Shown piece after piece: positions 47,118 through 54,447 of a DNA stretch of 64,000 nucleotides; within the stretch, counting starts at the first letter, position 1, and every line of letters begins with the position of its first letter. A program made the translations under genes and the position numbers. The notes beneath the pieces were generated by a model that saw only the letters and a program-made list of their open reading frames with translations, did no database searches and was not told where the DNA came from. The stretch is taken from sequence record NC_062582.1. One strand, given 5' to 3'.

Positions 47118-47492
47118 ATGACAAACATTTATGTGGCAATCGACCAAAGTTGGTCCTATAACTTCTTCGGTGGTTTGAAGGACGAACTTGATGGAATAGA
47201 TCAATATGTTTTTACTGATACTGTCTATCGGATAGTAGCTGATTTTATTAGGTTGTCACATAACGTGCGTATTGTAGCGGACACCGTTGCTTACAACCAA
47301 GGGATCTATTCTATCTGGGCAGATCTAGAAAAGCAGCACGATATACCAGTTCCATATTTCCAGGTTAACTTTAGACAATTGTTTTTTAACCATCAGTCAA
47401 TCTTTAACCTAATTGACAGGCCGATCCTTGTAGCCACCCCTATAACAACCGATACAGGTGACCTACAGGGTTTCGTGTTCACACTTGGATGA
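47118..47492 (+). CDS. Hypothetical protein, 124 aa
   Basis: Abuts previous stop; GAAGG RBS. Confidence 0.6.
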   Translation: MTNIYVAIDQSWSYNFFGGLKDELDGIDQYVFTDTVYRIVADFIRLSHNVRIVADTVAYNQGIYSIWADLEKQHDIPVPYFQVNFRQLFFNHQSIFNLIDRPILVATPITTDTGDLQGFVFTLG

Positions 47493-47511
47493 TTAGAAGT
47501 GTTTTTAGGAC

Positions 47512-47519
47512 TATATTAC
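47512..47519 (+). promoter_or_regulatory. phiKZ-type early promoter TATATTAC at the start of the accessory region
   Basis: Exact consensus match, intergenic, upstream of AAGGA and ATG 47552. Confidence 0.65.
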
Positions 47520-47551
47520 TTATTAGATATTAACCTTAAGGATAGTCCTAA

Positions 47552-47731
47552 ATGCGTACAGCTCAAAGCAATTACGTTCCTAGACACAACTACTCCCCTA
47601 AGGAAACTCAAGGTGAAGTTGGTCAACGCAAACAAAAACGAGATACTTCGGTAGACTGGGTAACTATCCCACGTCTTACCGTTGTAACTCTATGTCTGTT
47701 TGTGGTAACTCTGGTATTTAACGGGATCTAA
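47552..47731 (+). CDS. Small protein with C-terminal TM segment, 59 aa (missed by track)
   Basis: AAGGA RBS; ends LTVVTLCLFVVTLVFNGI. Confidence 0.6.
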   Translation: MRTAQSNYVPRHNYSPKETQGEVGQRKQKRDTSVDWVTIPRLTVVTLCLFVVTLVFNGI

Positions 47732-47732
47732 A

Positions 47733-47897
47733 ATGTTTTACGATGATGGCAAAACCAAAGAAGAAAACCGCGAAAGCCGTGAACGAACCCAACACAACCG
47801 TGACTGTGTTCTTCTGGTAACAGCACTCATTGCTTTGGGTACAGGTCTACTAGCTCTGGCTATGACCAGCCATAAAGCAGCCAAAGAATTCTACTAA
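47733..47897 (+). CDS. Small protein with TM segment, 54 aa (missed by track)
   Basis: GGGA RBS; CVLLVTALIALGTGLLALAM. Confidence 0.6.
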   Translation: MFYDDGKTKEENRESRERTQHNRDCVLLVTALIALGTGLLALAMTSHKAAKEFY

Positions 47898-47986
47898 CAG
47901 GTTATCGCTCTAGAAGGATATTACTAATCCTGCATAATTAGATGAGGGACATAACGTTCTAAATCTAACTTATTGGGGGTCAGCTA

Positions 47987-48472
47987 ATGGCCGAATTTAT
48001 CATAGGTAGAGACATCTTCAGAGAAGACGGTGATCTCTATTTAATCACAGTTAACTGCAACGGTGTAATGGGTGCAGGACTTGCAAAATCATTTAAAGAA
48101 AAGTACCCTGATCTTTATTTGAAATACAAGCATGATTGCAAACTAAAAGCAATCACCATCGGTAATCCGGTTATCTACGAAGCAGATGACGGAAAACGCT
48201 TCATGATGTTTCCAACCAAAGACCGATGGCAAGACCCATCCTTACTGAACTACATCTCTCGTGGTTTAGAATGGATGGTAGCAAACATAGATGAACCTGA
48301 AGGTATTGATCCGTCGTGGAAGATTATTATTCCACCATTGGGTTGTGCTAACGGCGGTTTGTCATTTAGTGAGGTTCGTCAAATGATTGCAGCCTTTGCT
48401 AAAGACATGCCAAATAAAATTATCGTGGTCTATCCTCCTTGGATGGAACATGGTACAGGCGATACATTCTAA
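47987..48472 (+). CDS. DarG-type macrodomain ADP-ribosylhydrolase (phiKZ gp104-like), 161 aa
   Basis: VNCNGVMGAGLAKSFKEKYP, FPTKDRW, IPPLGCANGGL are hallmark DarG/TARG1-class macrodomain motifs. Confidence 0.88.
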   Translation: MAEFIIGRDIFREDGDLYLITVNCNGVMGAGLAKSFKEKYPDLYLKYKHDCKLKAITIGNPVIYEADDGKRFMMFPTKDRWQDPSLLNYISRGLEWMVANIDEPEGIDPSWKIIIPPLGCANGGLSFSEVRQMIAAFAKDMPNKIIVVYPPWMEHGTGDTF

Positions 48473-48476
48473 TTCA

Positions 48477-48500
48477 AGCCCTTATCTTCGGATAAGGGTT
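48477..48500 (+). terminator. Hairpin terminator
   Basis: AGCCCTTATC-TTCG-GATAAGGGTT. Confidence 0.7.
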
Positions 48501-48523
48501 TATAACGCAAATGAGGAAATACA

Positions 48524-48952
48524 ATGCATCAAGCTGGCGTAGAGTTCGTAGCACCCCCTGGTTTCGCAGCAATGGATGAACGTTCGTCCACTAAGTTGAG
48601 TCTTCATCTCAATGCAATCACTGTTATCTTGGCGTATACGCAGCGTATCCGTCAGTTCAAATTGCAACACGGTCGTTTCCTGTTCCCTGAGCTGGGTAAC
48701 GTTAAAGTAAAACAGGGTACTGATAACACTGACATTATTGTCCGTGCAAACGGTTGCAAGATCGTTTACCAGTATAACTACCGCAGTAAGATGGTTTCTC
48801 ACTGCACTCGTCATGATGAGGACGGTAATCCAGTTGAAGCTGATCTGGCTACCGTTCAGGCTTCCTATGACGCTGTTCTGGACTATTGCGGTAATCTCTT
48901 GAGCGAGAGTGCCAGTCAGGTGGAGGTACCACCTACAACAGAAGCAGATTAA
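48524..48952 (+). CDS. Hypothetical protein, 142 aa
   Basis: GAGGA RBS. Confidence 0.7.
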   Translation: MHQAGVEFVAPPGFAAMDERSSTKLSLHLNAITVILAYTQRIRQFKLQHGRFLFPELGNVKVKQGTDNTDIIVRANGCKIVYQYNYRSKMVSHCTRHDEDGNPVEADLATVQASYDAVLDYCGNLLSESASQVEVPPTTEAD

Positions 48953-48955
48953 AGC

Positions 48956-48992
48956 CTATATCACAAACTCGATATTAAACCTAATGTGAGGT
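48956..48992 (+). promoter_or_regulatory. Candidate early promoter variant CTATATCACAAAC
   Basis: Resembles 11511 (CTATATTACAAACnnGATAT); upstream of GAGG RBS. Confidence 0.45.
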
Positions 48993-48998
48993 ACCCTG

Positions 48999-49322
48999 AT
49001 GTCTTTTATTAAAGTTGCAACTGTCGTTATTGGCACAACCATTGCCTTGGCGGTAGTGGGTACCGTAGCATGGTTTGCACATCTCTCTGCTGTATTCCAA
49101 GAGACTTGTGTAAAAGGTTATAAGGTAGCCGAAGCTATACACGAGAAGCTACTAGAATCGGAAGCCTATCGTTGCTGTGATGTGGGCAACCGGGTAATCT
49201 GGCTTACAACCATTCTTGACCCAGCTTTGGATAAGGTCTGCATAGATCTTGATGAAGAAAAGAAAGGGATGGTAAAGCGTTATGTATTTAACTCCCTCGA
49301 AACAATCTGTTCCACTAACTGA
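48999..49322 (+). CDS. Membrane-anchored hypothetical protein, 107 aa
   Basis: N-terminal hydrophobic segment. Confidence 0.65.
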   Translation: MSFIKVATVVIGTTIALAVVGTVAWFAHLSAVFQETCVKGYKVAEAIHEKLLESEAYRCCDVGNRVIWLTTILDPALDKVCIDLDEEKKGMVKRYVFNSLETICSTN

Positions 49323-49334
49323 AAAGGTAAAACC

Positions 49335-49481
49335 ATGAACACTAAAGTAATCGCTGGTATCATCACTACTGTTGTCTTGGGTTGCGGTGCCGCTTTTCTT
49401 TATGCCACTAATAAAGAAACCGACGTCAAGCCTGAAGTAACTGATGCAGAACCAAGTGTTGCTGAAGAGCCTTCTGTTTAA
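49335..49481 (+). CDS. Small membrane-anchored protein, 48 aa (missed by track)
   Basis: AAAGG RBS; MNTKVIAGIITTVVLGCGAAFLYA then acidic tail. Confidence 0.6.
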   Translation: MNTKVIAGIITTVVLGCGAAFLYATNKETDVKPEVTDAEPSVAEEPSV

Positions 49482-49504
49482 GCCTTAAAGATCGGAGATG
49501 TAGA

Positions 49505-49768
49505 ATGCTTGGTACTGTTTTGAAATACACCGCTGTTATTACGGCCGGTGCGATTGCAATGGTTGTAGGTATGCATTACAGTGATGATAAAGTCCTGGAG
49601 CGTATCCGTGAGGAATTGATCGATGCTCGTCGCGGTGTCGATATAACCGTCGTTAATAACGACTTTGATAAATACACAGCAACCCACTATGGTAGCTGGT
49701 CTGTCGAATTGTTACTAACCAGCAGCATTGCTGATCTCGATCAACTGATCGCCGAGATTCGCGCTTAA
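49505..49768 (+). CDS. Membrane-anchored hypothetical protein, 87 aa
   Basis: GGAG RBS; N-terminal hydrophobic segment. Confidence 0.6.
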   Translation: MLGTVLKYTAVITAGAIAMVVGMHYSDDKVLERIREELIDARRGVDITVVNNDFDKYTATHYGSWSVELLLTSSIADLDQLIAEIRA

Positions 49769-49774
49769 CCAAGA

Positions 49775-49794
49775 TGGGGGATTACGGTCCCCCA
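49775..49794 (+). terminator. Hairpin terminator
   Basis: TGGGGGAT-TACG-GTCCCCCA. Confidence 0.55.
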
Positions 49795-49860
49795 ACTTAT
49801 TCGAATAGGTTCGTATCGAACTTATCCAAATGAGTCATTAATTAAACAGGAGTAATACCA

Positions 49861-50124
49861 ATGCTTATCCATAAAGATATTATCCGTACTGTAACTTTCG
49901 ATGGTAGTTCTAACGAAGATTACGCTTACCCAGATACGGGCATGTATGGCGAAGAACTTAATGTAGTGATTCAACATCACCATAAAGAAGATATCAATGA
50001 AAGTGTTACCGTCACCATCGGCGATAAGATGTTCACTCCAGAACAACTGGAGCGCATCCTTCACCAAGTTACTAGTTACAAGGCTGCTGCAAAAGCATTT
50101 AACGACAAAACCGAATTGAGCTAA
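49861..50124 (+). CDS. Hypothetical protein, 87 aa
   Basis: CAGGAG RBS. Confidence 0.7.
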   Translation: MLIHKDIIRTVTFDGSSNEDYAYPDTGMYGEELNVVIQHHHKEDINESVTVTIGDKMFTPEQLERILHQVTSYKAAAKAFNDKTELS

Positions 50125-50169
50125 GTTACTATTACACTATTCTTAAATGGATAGTGTAATGTTAAACAT
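50122..50169 (+). repeat. 48-bp palindromic intergenic repeat, copy 1
   Basis: 47/48 identical to 52183-52230; contains ATTACACTAT-N10-ATAGTGTAAT. Confidence 0.9.
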
Positions 50170-50200
50170 GCACTATCTATAAATAACAGGAGTTTTAAAG

Positions 50201-50458
50201 ATGAAGCTTAATGAACTGCAAGCAATTTTGGATGACAAGTTAATGATGGCGCGTATTTACGACGCCATTGAAACCTCGGCTAAAATTAATTCGCTTACTT
50301 GCGAGTTTCTTTACACGGATGTATATCCAAATCGTCATAACTCCATAATCAACGTTCAGCAGGTTGAACAACTACAACGTGACGGTTACACCGTTACCGA
50401 AGAAGTTCGGCATGGTTCATTGATCTATGTTGTTTCCGGTTGGAAAGTTAACAAATAA
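50201..50458 (+). CDS. Hypothetical protein, 85 aa
   Basis: CAGGAG RBS; ends LQRDGYTV...VSGW. Confidence 0.7.
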   Translation: MKLNELQAILDDKLMMARIYDAIETSAKINSLTCEFLYTDVYPNRHNSIINVQQVEQLQRDGYTVTEEVRHGSLIYVVSGWKVNK

Positions 50459-50467
50459 AAACCCCAT

Positions 50468-50494
50468 AAGGCCAGCCCATTTGGGGCTGGCCTT
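50468..50494 (+). terminator. Hairpin terminator (family member)
   Basis: AAGGCCAGCCC-ATTTG-GGGCTGGCCTT. Confidence 0.75.
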
Positions 50495-50521
50495 TATACC
50501 CTCTATACAGGAAGTTTAGAA

Positions 50522-50680
50522 ATGAAAGCAATCGTATTGGTTCTGATCGGTGCTGTTCTCGGTGGTATGTTCTTCAACGAGAAACTGTCCACTCCAAAAG
50601 CAACTGATGAAAAAACCGAAATCGTCTACGGTACTCGTATCGGTCCAGACGGTAACATTCACCTCGTTGTATCCCGCTGA
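50522..50680 (+). CDS. Small membrane-anchored protein, 52 aa (missed by track)
   Basis: CAGGA RBS; MKAIVLVLIGAVLGGMFF. Confidence 0.6.
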   Translation: MKAIVLVLIGAVLGGMFFNEKLSTPKATDEKTEIVYGTRIGPDGNIHLVVSR

Positions 50681-50687
50681 GTAAATT

Positions 50688-50873
50688 ATGGCTAATAAGA
50701 AAACTATTATCCACGTTGTAAAAGAACGCGAAGGTCCTGCTCTTTATCGTGGGTTCACCACAGAAGAAGATGCATGGAATTACTTTAATCATGAAGTTGC
50801 TGCCGGTAATCTTTCAGTACAGTGGGATACTGTCGGTCAAGTGGTTGTTGAAAACTTTGACATCCAGGAGTAA
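50688..50873 (+). CDS. Hypothetical protein, 61 aa
   Basis: ORF track; operon continuity. Confidence 0.6.
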   Translation: MANKKTIIHVVKEREGPALYRGFTTEEDAWNYFNHEVAAGNLSVQWDTVGQVVVENFDIQE

Positions 50874-50875
50874 CA

Positions 50876-51316
50876 ATGAAACAAGTAACCATGTCGCACC
50901 ACGTGTTTGATCATGCTGGTTCGATGCAATATGTCTGTCCGACAATAGCTTGGTTGTCTGGGTGGAAACTGGGAAGTTTCCATATCAAAGATCTGGAGGT
51001 AACATTCCAACTAGATTATGACAGGGGTGAATACCGTATCCAGATTATCGATACTAAATCGGTATCGGTTATGGTTGATTACATTGTTCAATTACCTTGT
51101 GCCGAATCAGGTGAACAAAAGAACGTTGATGACATTATGGGGTTGCTCAAGATCACCCTTCAGAATGATCGCCGCTGCCAATGTGTCACCGCCGTTAAAC
51201 AATTCCTTCGTTGGTTTGACAAGGAAGTAACGGAATGGTTAAAGACAGAAGTTACTCGCGAACGGTATCGTCCTTACAACGATACCAAATTAGACTGGAT
51301 CATTGTAGGTGATTAA
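50876..51316 (+). CDS. Hypothetical protein, 146 aa
   Basis: AGGAG RBS. Confidence 0.7.
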   Translation: MKQVTMSHHVFDHAGSMQYVCPTIAWLSGWKLGSFHIKDLEVTFQLDYDRGEYRIQIIDTKSVSVMVDYIVQLPCAESGEQKNVDDIMGLLKITLQNDRRCQCVTAVKQFLRWFDKEVTEWLKTEVTRERYRPYNDTKLDWIIVGD

Positions 51317-51856
51317 ATGCTAGACCAACAAGCTGTACTGTATCGCGCTTTACAAAACGCCATTCTCCTCGGTGGTAATTTGCTGGATGGTCATCATGAC
51401 ATTACAGCGTATGTCGATCAGATCATCTCTATTGCCCCTCTGCTTGACGACCGTCAATTCCAGGACGTTGTAGATGGCTACCGGGATAACGAGATCGTTG
51501 CGCAATATAACGGCCTGGTCGAAGCCACAGAGCCTCACATCAAACGTTATTGGAGTAATGTTTACTTCAAGATGTTGGTCGCGGGCTTCGGTGGTTGTAT
51601 GGAGGGTCTCTGGTTTGAGACCAATACTAGCTGGACCGTTAAACTCTGGTATAACAACGGTGTCTGTTCGATTAGTTATTACAATCCAGCAACCCGTGAA
51701 TACATGTCCGGGGATATCTTTGAACTCGAATTGACTTATGTCTTTTCTGAAATCAAAGAACGCATGCGTTGGTTGTCCTATGGTCACCATCCAAGTGTCT
51801 ACCCTGTAAAAACCAAAGCAAATGCATTTCGTCGTTTAAAGGAAGTTAAGCAATGA
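51317..51856 (+). CDS. Hypothetical protein, 179 aa
   Basis: AGGTG RBS; abuts previous gene. Confidence 0.7.
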   Translation: MLDQQAVLYRALQNAILLGGNLLDGHHDITAYVDQIISIAPLLDDRQFQDVVDGYRDNEIVAQYNGLVEATEPHIKRYWSNVYFKMLVAGFGGCMEGLWFETNTSWTVKLWYNNGVCSISYYNPATREYMSGDIFELELTYVFSEIKERMRWLSYGHHPSVYPVKTKANAFRRLKEVKQ

Positions 51857-52185
51857 ATCAGAAACTGGCGGAAGAAAACAATAACCTTTATCAAGCTCTG
51901 TTGGTTGGTAAGGAAATGAAACATTCCGATAACATGGGTAAAGAGTATTATGCTCTTTACAATATCCATGGTTACACCGTCCTTGATTGGATTGAAAATA
52001 AGATCGAGGAACTCATTGGCTCTGCTTGTAACAAACACGTCAGCATCACCGGTATTGCTTATGACCTGACTGAGAAGAATGTTTTCTTGGTTAGTAACGT
52101 GGATGGGGATTTGATCTACATTCACAAGAAGCGCTTTAAGCGTTTCCTGAAAAAGGCAGTACAACGTCATACACTTAAAGGTTAA
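51853..52185 (+). CDS. Hypothetical protein, 110 aa
   Basis: AAGGA RBS; ATGA overlap. Confidence 0.7.
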   Translation: MNQKLAEENNNLYQALLVGKEMKHSDNMGKEYYALYNIHGYTVLDWIENKIEELIGSACNKHVSITGIAYDLTEKNVFLVSNVDGDLIYIHKKRFKRFLKKAVQRHTLKG

Positions 52186-52230
52186 GTTACTATTACACTA
52201 TTCTTAAACGGATAGTGTAATGTTAAACAT
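52183..52230 (+). repeat. 48-bp palindromic intergenic repeat, copy 2
   Basis: 47/48 identical to 50122-50169; the single change is in the loop. Confidence 0.9.
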
Positions 52231-52262
52231 ACCTCAATTCATACACAACAGGAGTTACAACT

Positions 52263-52541
52263 ATGACTACCCCAACTAACCCATTCATGGGCAAAAACAA
52301 CAAACTGGTTTACCATACCCGTAAGTGTGTCATCACTGCATGTAAAGACCTGATGCCTGACACCGAAGGTCTGGAAGGTAAGTTCGTTATGGTTCACGAG
52401 ATCTTCGTGCATGACGAATGGCACTCTTCTCGTTCTTCCCTGATCGTGGGTGTCGAAGGTAATGACATCGAAACCCGTAACTCTGTCTATCGTGTAATCG
52501 ATGATAGCAACGTCTACAACCCATTGGTACAAGAGGTTTAA
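52263..52541 (+). CDS. Small phage protein of the SSLIV...IETRNSVY type, 92 aa
   Basis: CAGGAG RBS; motif recurrent in phage hypothetical proteins. Confidence 0.7.
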   Translation: MTTPTNPFMGKNNKLVYHTRKCVITACKDLMPDTEGLEGKFVMVHEIFVHDEWHSSRSSLIVGVEGNDIETRNSVYRVIDDSNVYNPLVQEV

Positions 52542-52542
52542 A

Positions 52543-53049
52543 ATGGAAATTAAAGCAAAGTTGTCGGCTCTGGATTTCTACAATCAGAAGTCTGGTCTGG
52601 AAGATGGCGCCTACGAAGTTGTAGAGCACGATGGTGAAATCAACATTGCGGTTTTACAAGGACTGAAAGAAATTCGCTGGTATGACCAAGGTGAGTGGAC
52701 CGAAGCTCAAGACGAACTCCAACGTGAACTGATGTTCGAAGGTAACATGCGTTCGATGGATGATTGGGATAGTCTTCTTGACGATCCTAATGACGGGCTG
52801 GACGATGTTGATCCAAGTCACTACAACGACTGTAATGGCTGCGGTACTTGTCACCTTTGTGATGATCATCTGAGTATTGCTGGTGATTACACGGCACGTA
52901 ACTACGGTCACATGAACGAAGGCATGGGTGGTGATTGCTCTGCTCGTAATCTTGATGAAACCCCATTGAAGAACAAGTATCCAGAATCGGTAAAGACTCT
53001 GGGCGAGTTGTTGCGCGAACAACTTAACGACCGACCAACTAGCGAGTAA
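52543..53049 (+). CDS. Acidic protein with Cys/His cluster, about 168 aa
   Basis: GAGG RBS before ATG 52543; CNGCGTCHLCDDH. Confidence 0.65.
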   Translation: MEIKAKLSALDFYNQKSGLEDGAYEVVEHDGEINIAVLQGLKEIRWYDQGEWTEAQDELQRELMFEGNMRSMDDWDSLLDDPNDGLDDVDPSHYNDCNGCGTCHLCDDHLSIAGDYTARNYGHMNEGMGGDCSARNLDETPLKNKYPESVKTLGELLREQLNDRPTSE

Positions 53050-53052
53050 TAA

Positions 53053-53412
53053 ATGATGACCGAATACTATCCTAGTCTTGGCGAGATTTTAACTATCCTC
53101 GGCGAGGATGGTATTCTTGTTGGTTCCGCGGCATTTAAAAATTCAACAGACTGTAAAGATTATGATTTCGTAATAAATGCAGCTGGTTTTGAAAAGCTAG
53201 CTAGGTTTGAATATTATCTTTACCGCGAGGATAAAACCTGGTGGCAGTATATCCCATGCGATTCCAATGGCGATAAGGCGGTTGATTTCTTCTACGGTAT
53301 ATGCGATATTTTGGATGAGACTAAACATCTTAATCGGATTACCTTTGAACAGGCTAGTACAATGCCGTTAAAAGTCGTGTCTATCGATGGGATGGACGTA
53401 TTATCCATTTAA
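53053..53412 (+). CDS. Minimal nucleotidyltransferase (Pol beta superfamily) candidate, 119 aa
   Basis: LVGSAA...KDYDFVI (GS + DxD) and a third acidic strand VDFF. Confidence 0.6.
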   Translation: MMTEYYPSLGEILTILGEDGILVGSAAFKNSTDCKDYDFVINAAGFEKLARFEYYLYREDKTWWQYIPCDSNGDKAVDFFYGICDILDETKHLNRITFEQASTMPLKVVSIDGMDVLSI

Positions 53413-53424
53413 AAGAGATATTAA

Positions 53425-53748
53425 ATGAAACAACCATATCTTAACCTTGGGGATGCTGTATGGGCATGTCTTAAACCAAAAGAGGTGTTTGCAGATATGA
53501 AAAATCTATACAAAATCGCTGTGGGTGGTATGATCTACACTGTCATCGCTTATAACGATGATGATGCTAAACGAACGGTGATCGAATATACTAACCAAGC
53601 TGTCGTGGATAAGCCTTTCACTCTTGCTCGTATTGGTGTGGCTGGTTCTGACTATGAGTGTGGTGTCATTGGAGTTGAGGTAGATAACTATCCTGACCAC
53701 ACTACTAGGGAGTTACTGCGTTTAGCACTCCTTGCAGATAAGAAATAG
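53425..53748 (+). CDS. Hypothetical protein, 107 aa
   Basis: AAGAG RBS. Confidence 0.65.
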   Translation: MKQPYLNLGDAVWACLKPKEVFADMKNLYKIAVGGMIYTVIAYNDDDAKRTVIEYTNQAVVDKPFTLARIGVAGSDYECGVIGVEVDNYPDHTTRELLRLALLADKK

Positions 53749-53755
53749 GTGTTAT

Positions 53756-53869
53756 ATGAAATTAACCTATGGTGATAAGGTCTTGATTGTTGGATTAGGT
53801 ATTGGTTTATTTATCGGTATCATCTATTCCAAAGTTAAGTATGGATTACCACTATTTCAGTTGTTTTGA
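53756..53869 (+). CDS. Small membrane peptide, 37 aa (missed by track)
   Basis: AGGTG RBS; MKLTYGDKVLIVGLGIGLFIGIIYSKVKYGLPLFQLF. Confidence 0.5.
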   Translation: MKLTYGDKVLIVGLGIGLFIGIIYSKVKYGLPLFQLF

Positions 53870-54039
53870 TGTATCCTCCTTCAGATTAATTTTACTCGAA
53901 TATCACATCTAATGTGTAACTAGACTAAGAGCATCTGAGGGGGGCTTTTTATTTTCTTTTATATACTTAGGGTATTAGCATAAGAGCTAATACTACCCTT
54001 ATTTGTTTTAATCTTACAAACCCATAAGAGGACGATACA

Positions 54040-54252
54040 ATGCAAGCATTACTGTACAACAAGAAAACCGATAGTTACGTAAGTGAAACACATGTGGTTG
54101 AAAGAGACCATCATGGTAAAGGTAACTGGGTATTCAAAGATAAGGCTACGAACAAGGTAATCGATACCGATAAGTATCGTAATGATCTTGCTGAACGTAA
54201 TGACCTGAAACTGGGTTCATCAGTAGATACTGGTTCTAAAGCCTTGTCATAA
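54040..54252 (+). CDS. Hypothetical protein, 70 aa (paralogue of next)
   Basis: GAGGA RBS. Confidence 0.7.
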   Translation: MQALLYNKKTDSYVSETHVVERDHHGKGNWVFKDKATNKVIDTDKYRNDLAERNDLKLGSSVDTGSKALS

Positions 54253-54260
54253 GGAAAACT

Positions 54261-54443
54261 ATGTCTGTATTGAAACCTTGTCATAATCCAGATGCATGGA
54301 GTAATGACGAATACACTCTGGAGCGATCTATGAGTGAAGACTTCATGTGGAACCTTTACGATGAAAGGAACAATACCTTAATCGATAAAGATAAATCCCG
54401 TACAGTACTATTAAATCGCAATAAATTGACCATCGAGGAATAA
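54261..54443 (+). CDS. Hypothetical protein, 60 aa (paralogue of previous)
   Basis: AAGGA RBS. Confidence 0.7.
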   Translation: MSVLKPCHNPDAWSNDEYTLERSMSEDFMWNLYDERNNTLIDKDKSRTVLLNRNKLTIEE

Positions 54444-54447
54444 AACA

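Noticed and set aside
50122-52230. 48-bp repeats as a CRISPR array or attachment sites
   Set aside because: Only two copies 2 kb apart, no spacer periodicity, no cas or integrase gene in the window.
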